Virus record (IMG/VR): IMGVR_UViG_3300048850_000068
Location: 32,001 to 96,000 of that record
Strand: one strand, 5' to 3'
From: a virus
Length of the DNA stretch: 64,000 nucleotides
Shown here: positions 51,091 to 58,193 of the stretch, piece by piece
Layout of the letters: every line of letters starts with the position of its first letter
Position numbering within the stretch: position 1 is the stretch's first letter
Notes under the pieces: generated by a model
The model's input: the letters and a program-made list of their open reading frames with translations, nothing else
Database searches by the model: none
Told to the model about the DNA's origin: nothing
Position numbers and translations under genes: made by a program

Positions 51091-51162
51091 AGCGCACCCT
51101 GGACAGGGTGCTTTCCTTTGCCTTACATGATAAGTCAATACTGACTTAACGAAAGAGCCCCG

Positions 51163-51747
51163 ATGAAGACCCTCCCACCCCGCTATATCGCCCTGTGCGG
51201 CAACCCGAGGGCCGGCAAGAGCCTGGTCCAGACCATTCTGCGCGAACTCTATAACACTCAGCCGGTCGACGACGGCATGCCGATGCGCGAATTCGCCGTC
51301 AACAACCTCGGGCTGACCTGGAACCAGGTGCTCACCCAAGAGGGCAAGACGGAATACGTCGAGGTGCTCGGCCGGCGCTGGCAGGTCCGGGAGATCCTGG
51401 GCGAGCTCGGCAACCGCTTCGAGAACATGTTCGGCAAGCACATCATGCCGTTCATGGCGATCAAGCGCGTCGAGGACCATCAGGGCACGTTCTCCTTCGG
51501 CTCGGTCCGACGCGACCAGGGTCTCTACTACAAGCAGCACGGCGGCATCGTGATCGGGATCGAGAACCCGATGGCCGGCCCCTCCCCTTACGAGTTCGAC
51601 CAGTTCGACCGCTCCACGGTCGATTACTGGATCACCAACGACGCTCTGGTGAACGGCATGTCGCCGGAGCTCGCCCGGGAAGACCTCAAGATGAAGGTTC
51701 AGAGCCTCATCGAAGGCCTCTCGATGATCAAGCGGGCAGCCGCATGA
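51163..51747 (+). CDS. deoxynucleoside monophosphate kinase-like P-loop protein
   Basis: IALCGNPRAGKS, VREILGELG. Confidence 0.7.
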   Translation: MKTLPPRYIALCGNPRAGKSLVQTILRELYNTQPVDDGMPMREFAVNNLGLTWNQVLTQEGKTEYVEVLGRRWQVREILGELGNRFENMFGKHIMPFMAIKRVEDHQGTFSFGSVRRDQGLYYKQHGGIVIGIENPMAGPSPYEFDQFDRSTVDYWITNDALVNGMSPELAREDLKMKVQSLIEGLSMIKRAAA

Positions 51748-51867
51748 AGACCCCGGCCGAGGCTTCCACCATCGCCGTCCAAAGCTGGGAAGCCTCGGTC
51801 GTTCTGATTGCCGGCTGGTGGACGGCGCAAACCCTTCTTTTCCTTCAACTTTTTCAAGGCAACGACC

Positions 51868-52104
51868 ATGAGCGCTAACTATCTCGACGCCCTGCAGGAG
51901 ATCAACGGCAACCCGGAGTATCCGGAAGACGTGCGCCGGCGGGCCGGCGTGGCTGCCCTGCACCTGATGGGTCAGTATCCGGTGGAGACCCCGGCCGAGG
52001 ACGAGCCCAAGGAAGACTGGCTGAAGACCTTCCTGAGCAACCCGATCGTCGTCGGATTCATCATCCTCGCGCTGGTCGCGATGGCAATGGAGCTCGCGCA
52101 ATGA
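51868..52104 (+). CDS. small membrane protein
   Basis: C-terminal hydrophobic helix. Confidence 0.55.
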   Translation: MSANYLDALQEINGNPEYPEDVRRRAGVAALHLMGQYPVETPAEDEPKEDWLKTFLSNPIVVGFIILALVAMAMELAQ

Positions 52105-52213
52105 CGATGGTCGCTTTCGGAGGCGGCGGGCACGGACCCCGCGGCGGAGGGCTCATGATTGCACTCGGCGCGATCGCCTGGGCTGTTCTCATTCTGAACG
52201 GGTGTGACTTCTC

Positions 52214-52933
52214 GTGATCGACCAGAAGCACTCCCTGCGCGTCTACTACCACAACAAGTTCGTGGGCTGGCTGCGCAACACCGACGGGCGCCAGGTTCGC
52301 AGCGCCCGTCTGTATCTCACCGCCGAGAGCCTCGAGGGCGACGACGCCGGCAACGTGCTGGAATTCGAGGTCACTCTGCGCCACAGCAACTATGACGCCT
52401 GGGACGCCTCTAATAAGAACATCGTCATTCCGGACTACGCGACCAAAGATCCGGTCACCCGGGCCTATTCCTGGTTCGACGCCCTGATCCGCGATCACGA
52501 CGACTACGAGCTCCTGTTCGACCAGCCGTATTTCGAACCCCATGACGACGGCCCGGACGACGAGAGCGCAGCCTCGACCATCAAGTTCGCTGCCGGCACC
52601 ACGGTTCTGAGCCCGAAGAGCACGGTCAATGTCGTGGTCAACGTCCCGGGCGACGAGGAACAGCAGTCGGTTAACGCGAGCAAGATCGCCAAGATGATCG
52701 ACGACATGCTTCAAAAGGCACCCAAGCGCCCGAACCCGCTGCAGCTCCACAAGGGCAAGTATGGCTATACCAGCCAGCAGAAGATCCCGATGAGCGAGGA
52801 CGACAAGTCCAAGGTAAAGGGCTACGAGGTTCCGGAGCCCAAGGAGGACCGCTATGAGATCTTCCGTCGCTACCACACCGGCGGGATCGTGGGTCATACC
52901 TCCCCGTTGGTAAAGCTGAAGGGCGGGGTCTGA
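52214..52933 (+). CDS. hypothetical protein
   Basis: 239-aa ORF; C-terminal YHTGGIVG. Confidence 0.65.
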   Translation: MIDQKHSLRVYYHNKFVGWLRNTDGRQVRSARLYLTAESLEGDDAGNVLEFEVTLRHSNYDAWDASNKNIVIPDYATKDPVTRAYSWFDALIRDHDDYELLFDQPYFEPHDDGPDDESAASTIKFAAGTTVLSPKSTVNVVVNVPGDEEQQSVNASKIAKMIDDMLQKAPKRPNPLQLHKGKYGYTSQQKIPMSEDDKSKVKGYEVPEPKEDRYEIFRRYHTGGIVGHTSPLVKLKGGV

Positions 52934-53030
52934 ATCTTCCGGCTATCGCGGATCCCGGGTTGCGGCTTAACCTTTTCTTCACTACTCGTGGCGAAAAGAT
53001 TTAGCGAAACAGCGAACTAGGGATTTCGCG

Positions 53031-53678
53031 ATGCCCTTCTCCATAGCCTGCACCAGTCAGAAAGGCGGCGCCGGTAAGAGCACCCTCGCTCGACTACTAG
53101 CCCGGACCTACGCGGAAGCCGGATGGCGCGTTCTCATCGCCGACTTCAACACCAAGCAGAAAACGAGCGTGGACTGGGTCGCACAGCGCATGTCGCACAA
53201 GATCGAGCCCACAGTCCACGCGGCGCCCTACCAGACCATGAAAAGCTGCCTCAAGGACATGCCGAGCTATCACATGATCCTGTTCGACGGCCGGCCGGAT
53301 TCCGATACCACCACCAAAGATATCGCCAAGGAGGCCAACTTAGTTCTGATCCCCACCGGGACCAATCGCGACGACCTTCTTCCACAGATCACTTTTGCCC
53401 TGGAACTAGACCGTGGAACGGTTTCCAAGCAGAAAATGATCTTCGTCCTGAACAAGACGAATAATAGTGATTTGGCAGTTGAGGACGCCCGTCAGACAAT
53501 CGAGCGGGCAGGCTTCAAGGTAGCGAAGACGGACATCCGATGGCAGCAAGCCTATCAGAACGCGCAGGATCAGGGACGGGCCATCTCGGAGACCTCTTTT
53601 CCTACACTGAACGAGCGGGCGGAGATCTTAGCCGCGGAGCTCGTCGAGCACCTCAACCAGATCACAGGGAGAGCCTAA
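53031..53678 (+). CDS. parA: ParA-family partition ATPase (short, type Ib-like)
   Basis: QKGGAGKST, VLIAD, ILFDGRP, VLNK. Confidence 0.9.
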   Translation: MPFSIACTSQKGGAGKSTLARLLARTYAEAGWRVLIADFNTKQKTSVDWVAQRMSHKIEPTVHAAPYQTMKSCLKDMPSYHMILFDGRPDSDTTTKDIAKEANLVLIPTGTNRDDLLPQITFALELDRGTVSKQKMIFVLNKTNNSDLAVEDARQTIERAGFKVAKTDIRWQQAYQNAQDQGRAISETSFPTLNERAEILAAELVEHLNQITGRA

Positions 53679-53977
53679 TGGCTAACAAACCACGCCCCGG
53701 CCCACCGCCGGGTGATCCAAAGCCGAAACGTCAGAAGCCGATGCGCGAGCGGCTACAGATCAATATCCCAGACGCCAAGTCGATCGGTGACAACCTGACC
53801 AAACCCACCGACGACATAGTGGACCTCAACTTCAAGATCCCAGAGAGCTTCCACCGTCGGTTCAAAGCAGAGGCGACCCTGCGCGGCATCTCCATGCGCG
53901 AGCTCCTCGAGAGTTCGTTCAAATGCTTCACGGAGGTTCATGGGTCGACCGTCGATAAGAGCCTGTTCGAGAAGTAG
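53678..53977 (+). CDS. ribbon-helix-helix partition partner (ParG-like)
   Basis: LNFKIPESFHRRFKAEATLRGISMRELL; coupled to parA. Confidence 0.75.
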   Translation: MANKPRPGPPPGDPKPKRQKPMRERLQINIPDAKSIGDNLTKPTDDIVDLNFKIPESFHRRFKAEATLRGISMRELLESSFKCFTEVHGSTVDKSLFEK

Positions 53978-53984
53978 GAGAGCC

Positions 53985-54227
53985 ATGACCAAGCCGTATC
54001 ACGAGGAGCTCGAGGAGCGCCTGGATGAGATCATGGAGAAAGCCAGCCCCGAGGAGCGTCCCAAGCTCATGCTGCACTTCATGGAGCACATGACCCCGCT
54101 CCTCGAGCAGGCCTTCATGGGCAGTCCTCTCATGTCAGGCGCCGAGAAGGAAAAGCTCGCGATGGCGCTGCGGGAGATGGAAGAGCGCATGATCATGCTC
54201 AGGCGGATGATCGCCGAAGCTCGCTAG
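53985..54227 (+). CDS. hypothetical protein
   Basis: AGGAG RBS; 80-aa helical ORF. Confidence 0.6.
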   Translation: MTKPYHEELEERLDEIMEKASPEERPKLMLHFMEHMTPLLEQAFMGSPLMSGAEKEKLAMALREMEERMIMLRRMIAEAR

Positions 54228-54737
54228 ACAACTTCACCAAGGATAGGGCGCCTGGGAGTGGTTCTCCTGGGCGTCTCTCATACGGGGCGCCGTATAACCG
54301 CAGACTATCCGCCGGAGCGTATGGGTGTCCGAAGACCGCAGCATGGTTCGGACGATCCGGAGAACGCTGAGCCTGACTAATCATTTCCGGGCAATTTCAA
54401 ACCGTTCGCCAAGGATACGCCCGGAAGAGCTCGGAACACCCGAGGCAATGTATAGGCGCCCGGGCTGTCTATCTAAGACTTCGATATTTCACAGAAAATC
54501 GACTCGCTCGAAGCGCAAGCTAAGCGCTGCTAGAGACGCGCACGCGTGCACAGATGCGCAATCACTCACGACGATCATTCAATCGCGCTCACGCACGCTT
54601 AGAACGCATTTAATCGCACATCGCGAATGTATAGCGCTCATACGTATGCAAGCGCGCATGACGCACGCACACTAGCGCTACACAGTAACTCATACTAACG
54701 ATCTAGTCTGACAACGATCTAAATCGCTTTAAGAGCG

Positions 54738-54766
54738 TTGACAGTAAGTCAGCACTGACTTAGTTT
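54738..54766 (+). promoter_or_regulatory. sigma70-type promoter with 18-bp operator in the spacer
   Basis: TTGACA-17 nt-TAGTTT; TAAGTCAGCACTGACTTA at 54745-54762. Confidence 0.75.
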
Positions 54767-54930
54767 AATACTCACAAGAGAGCAACGCGACGCAGCAAGC
54801 GACACGCAAAGCGCTCTTGAGAGAACAAGTTCTCGCTGCTCTTTGACACTGTGAATAAGCAAAAGACTACAAACGCAAAGACTAGCGCGTTTCAAAACAA
54901 AGCTAGTTGCTATCAATGAAAGCGAACACA

Positions 54931-55581
54931 ATGTTCAACACTGCTACTGAGTTCAAGTCTGCTATGCTCTCTGCTATCTCTTCGCGCTTCATGTATGAAG
55001 CAAAGAAAGCAAGCGCTGAGCATAACGTCGAAGTCACTGAAGAGAACTTCAGAGACGTTCTCAAGACGAATAACTCTTCAATGTTCGACACGCTTAAAGC
55101 TATCGAAGACAGCGCTAAGCATGACGTTATTAGCAACATCATGTTTCTTGCTAACTGCGATGCTGAACGCATCAATCGCAGCGAACGCTCTAACGCACGT
55201 TACAACGTCTATGCGTATGAGAAAGATATCAACATCGCTCGCTGTGCTGCTTCAGTCGAGAGACTCAATCACTACACGAAAGCAATTCTTCAGACTGCGA
55301 AGAAATTCGCTGAGCAAGAGACTGAATTGCTACTCACTCACGACGATGCACAAAGCGCTTGTTCGCTGAGTGTGAAGACTAGCGATAGCAAGCGCGAACG
55401 TCTCATCGTCAAGTATCAGAAGCATGTGAGCGCGAAGACTGCTAGCACACAGTCTAGCTCTTCGATCAACGCTCTTCAAAGCTTCAATGTCTTGATTGAG
55501 ACGCGCGACGCAAGCAACAAAGTCGCTTATAAACTCAACATGAACAACGATCTAACGCAGCGCTTGCTTGAGCGCTGCTAA
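54931..55581 (+). CDS. Gly/Pro/Trp-free protein, paralog of 56417-57346
   Basis: INRSERSNARYNVYAYEK and VSAKTASTQSSSSINALQ match the paralog; alternative start 54916. Confidence 0.85.
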   Translation: MFNTATEFKSAMLSAISSRFMYEAKKASAEHNVEVTEENFRDVLKTNNSSMFDTLKAIEDSAKHDVISNIMFLANCDAERINRSERSNARYNVYAYEKDINIARCAASVERLNHYTKAILQTAKKFAEQETELLLTHDDAQSACSLSVKTSDSKRERLIVKYQKHVSAKTASTQSSSSINALQSFNVLIETRDASNKVAYKLNMNNDLTQRLLERC

Positions 55582-55593
55582 GCAACACTAACG

Positions 55594-55617
55594 AGAGACG
55601 CGAGCAATCGCGTCTCT
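55594..55617 (+). terminator. hairpin with GCAA tetraloop
   Basis: AGAGACGCGA-GCAA-TCGCGTCTCT. Confidence 0.6.
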
Positions 55618-55656
55618 TTACTCAAAACAACAAAGCGAACACAAGAAAGCTTAACA

Positions 55657-55848
55657 ATGTCAAAGACATTCAAAGATATGCGCGAGCTGAGCGCAGCGAA
55701 AGCGAAGAAGTTAGCGAAGACGCGCAAAGCAAAGCGCGATGTGCTCAACATGCTCTCGAAAGCATACGACACTAGCTCGCAAGTCTTCGAGTTCTTCGAA
55801 GAGAACGAATACTCACTCACGCGTGACGATGTGAAGGCGCTAGTCTAA
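55657..55848 (+). CDS. small Gly/Pro/Trp-free protein
   Basis: 63 aa, basic N-half and acidic C-half; shares leader motif with the upstream gene. Confidence 0.65.
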   Translation: MSKTFKDMRELSAAKAKKLAKTRKAKRDVLNMLSKAYDTSSQVFEFFEENEYSLTRDDVKALV

Positions 55849-56015
55849 TGATCTACGATGCAATCGACTTCACTCGCACGAACTTCGCAGCGCTGCTTGT
55901 CATCTTCGCAATGATATGCGCGCTATGTCTCACAGCAGTTACAATGTTGCGAGACTATCTCGACGCGACGCGCTACAGAGTGCGCGCACGACGCATGCGA
56001 CGCTATCGCTACTGA
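55848..56015 (+). CDS. 55-aa membrane protein, Gly/Pro/Trp-free (not in ORF track)
   Basis: TAATG overlap; MIYDAIDFTRTNFAALLVIFAMICALCLTAVTMLRDYLDATRYRVRARRMRRYRY. Confidence 0.55.
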   Translation: MIYDAIDFTRTNFAALLVIFAMICALCLTAVTMLRDYLDATRYRVRARRMRRYRY

Positions 56016-56020
56016 GTTAC

Positions 56021-56056
56021 AAAGCGCGACGCTATACAGTGTCGCGCTTTTTTATT
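56021..56056 (+). terminator. intrinsic terminator closing the island
   Basis: AAAGCGCGAC...GTCGCGCTTT followed by TTT. Confidence 0.75.
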
Positions 56057-56080
56057 GCGTTACGTTTGCAACGTTATATT

Positions 56081-56232
56081 GCCTGTGGCAGGAATGCCAT
56101 GTGGCAGCGGAGCCATGTGGCTTTGGGACCATGTGGCCCGGAAGTGACGTGGCATTCCTACCATGTGGCTTTTCCGCCATGTGGCGGGCCGACCACGTGG
56201 CTGGAATACCATATGGCGGAAATACCACGCAA
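56081..56232. repeat. CCAYRTGG array with exact 16-bp period
   Basis: Cores start at 56081, 56097, 56113, 56129, 56145, 56161, 56177, 56193, 56209, 56225. Confidence 0.88.
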
Positions 56233-56375
56233 CGATATCACACCACGCGCCATGGAGCGCCCGAACTATAGGTGTAGGAGCAGTGCTCCTACACCGGGTC
56301 CCACGGACAATGCCGTTCCTACTACCGGTGCAGCCCAGCCGTTCCTCGGAAATCCATGGTATTGCAACGGGCACG

Positions 56376-56405
56376 AAAAAGGAGGGGCGCCGCTCCCCTC
56401 CTCTC
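56376..56405 (-). terminator. intrinsic terminator for 56417-57346
   Basis: AGGAGGGG/CCCCTCCT stem with T-run on the minus strand. Confidence 0.7.
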
Positions 56406-56416
56406 TCGTCCGTGCC

Positions 56417-57346
56417 TTACGCCGCGAGCAGCTTATCCTCCAAGAAGCGTGCGATAGGGGCGTCGGTGACGTGGAACACTGGGTTCTTCTTCGAGCCCGT
56501 CGCGAAGACGACCCCGAGGGTTTCGAGCGCCTGCATGGTGGAGCTCGCTTGTGTGGGCGCAGTCGAGGCGCTGACCGTGTGCGAGACCAGGTGCTTCCGG
56601 AGAGCAGGCTCGATGCGGACCTTGTCGCTTGCTGCTGCCTTCGCGACTTCCATCGAGAAGTCGAGGCCCGCGTTCTTGAAGCGGAAGAGGGAGCGCATGC
56701 ACGCCTGGTTGATGGCGTTCGAGATCGTGCCGTCCGTCACCCCGTAGATCACGTCGGCGAGCTTGCCCAGCGCGTAGACGTTGTAGCGGCTACCGGTGTT
56801 CTCCTCGCGATTGATGAAGTCCGGAGAGACGTTGGTCACGAGGAACACACGGGCGGCGCGTTTGGTGACGAGCTGCGAGCGGACCTTCTTCAAGGTGCGC
56901 TGGATGTTCTCGTTGTCGGGGTTCTTCTGGGCCTCGAAGCCGGCGCGCTGGTCGACCGCGGCAGCGATGGTGCACACCATGTTGTCGGCGTCTTCGTCGC
57001 TCACCGCAGCGCACAGCTCTTGGAAGGTGAGTTCGGCGGGGCTCTCTTCGATGAGCTCCTCGGATGCACCCTCGGTGGCCTCGAGGATGTGGACCGCGGC
57101 CTCGAGCTCCTGGACCGTCGCCTGGCCGGCATCGACCGGGGTCTCGGTCTCGAGGGCTTCGAGCAGCTCCGCGACAGTGCCCTCGGTCACGGTGATGTTG
57201 GCGAGTTGCACGTCGATGGGCGGCAGTTCCACGGCCGGCGTCTCGACTTTCTTGGAAGAGCGAGCGCGGCGGGCAGTCTTGGAAGCGTTCTGAGCAGTCA
57301 TCGTATCGTCTCCGTGTAGTGAAGCGTTGTGCTTCGTTGCTGACAA
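56417..57346 (-). CDS. hypothetical protein, possible C-terminal winged helix; paralog of the island gene
   Basis: FINREENTGSRYNVYALGK, VSASTAPTQASSTMQALETLGVV; start may be 57301. Confidence 0.8.
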   Translation of the reverse strand: MSATKHNASLHGDDTMTAQNASKTARRARSSKKVETPAVELPPIDVQLANITVTEGTVAELLEALETETPVDAGQATVQELEAAVHILEATEGASEELIEESPAELTFQELCAAVSDEDADNMVCTIAAAVDQRAGFEAQKNPDNENIQRTLKKVRSQLVTKRAARVFLVTNVSPDFINREENTGSRYNVYALGKLADVIYGVTDGTISNAINQACMRSLFRFKNAGLDFSMEVAKAAASDKVRIEPALRKHLVSHTVSASTAPTQASSTMQALETLGVVFATGSKKNPVFHVTDAPIARFLEDKLLAA

Positions 57347-57492
57347 CTAAGACAATACTGATATCGGTGAGGGATAAAACTGCTAATTACTTAGGCCAGT
57401 AGGCAAGTTAAACGGCTGTAGGCCCGCGCTATACACCGCTCCATGGCCATATACGCGTGCGCGTTCTTCTATACTACATGAAACCTCTTGCG

Positions 57493-57599
57493 CCATGGCA
57501 CCCCATGGTCTCCCAAGGGCCCGGTTTACCCCTTGGTCTGCCGTGGTGTGCCGCGGTCTTCCATGGCCCGGAGGATTTCAGCCATGGTCTGTGCCATGG
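57493..57599. repeat. CCNNGG repeats phased at ~10 bp
   Basis: 57493, 57503, 57513, 57531, 57541, 57551, 57561, 57582, 57594. Confidence 0.7.
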
Positions 57600-57679
57600 A
57601 AATTCCCAACGCCTCTCCCTTACTCTTCTATAGGTCAGTAGGTGTAATAGGTAGTAAGGCGATGGCGTTGGGAATTTCC
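57598..57679 (+). repeat. ~80-bp inverted-repeat element, copy 3
   Basis: GGAAATTCCCAACGCC...GGCGTTGGGAATTTCC. Confidence 0.75.
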
Positions 57680-58120
57680 ACGGACGTCTCATGGAATGCC
57701 ACCCGGGACGCGGCTGATCCCTAGTCGGCTCCTGCGGCCTTACCTAATTTCCGGGAAGACGCCATGGCGTAGCACGCGGGCAAAAAGAGAGCCGAGCTCC
57801 ACGTGGGAACCCGGCTCTAAGGTCAGACGGACGAATCGCAGTAGCGCCACCTCAGCGGCAACCGGGGACCTGCGGACGTGCCGCCCTGTCAGCGAACACA
57901 GAGAGAAGCGCGCCCCTCGCTCGCGCATCGCTCAACATGTGTCTTGTGACTGAGATCGGGATGGAGTGCAACCGGACAGGTGAGGCCTTTGGGTGGTGTG
58001 AAGAGGCGGGGAGGCGCCGCGCCTCACACTGTTTCTACCCTCTCTTACGCACACCCCTCACATACGCTCTCTATAGACCACTCTCTAGGCTTACGTGTCT
58101 CTATAGCCCGGTGCCTTATG

Positions 58121-58193
58121 CCCAACGCCGTCTGCTTACTATAGATACATACTACTAGGTCTATAGAAGAGTAGCGCGAAGGCTCTGGGAATT
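58121..58193 (+). repeat. ~80-bp inverted-repeat element, copy 4
   Basis: CCCAACGCCGTCTGCTTAC...GTAGCGCGAAGGCTCTGGGAATT. Confidence 0.75.

Larger units (their letters stand above)
10..54762. promoter_or_regulatory. Dispersed 18-bp palindrome TAAGTCA-N4-TGACTTA (~28 copies)
   Basis: Perfect arms at 10, 293, 8227, 10139, 13035, 17627, 25718, 30702, 32123, 35713, 37315, 38295, 38362, 41016, 49231, 51131, 54745; degenerate at 1029, 1152, 2261, 5439, 11304, 12637, 31482, 32079, 42950, 46039, 47421. Confidence 0.9.
54465..56081. other. GG/CC-dinucleotide-free island
   Basis: No CC and a single GG (55836-55837) in 1617 bp by manual reading. Confidence 0.93.

Noticed and set aside
54465-56081. Island as a homopolymer-collapse or assembly artefact
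   Set aside because: A and T runs are intact, the long ORF stays open and aligns with its paralog, and the phage's own 18-bp palindrome, a promoter and terminators are present. A raw-read check is still advisable.
54465-56081. Island as ordinary low-GC horizontally acquired DNA
   Set aside because: Lower GC alone cannot remove GG/CC while CG and GC stay abundant, and the island carries the resident palindrome and a paralog of the neighbouring gene.
56081-56232. CRISPR array
   Set aside because: 8-bp repeats and 8-bp spacers are far too short, and there are no cas genes.
55916-57319. 467-aa plus-strand ORF
   Set aside because: It runs through two terminators and the repeat array and is antisense to the real 56417-57346 gene.
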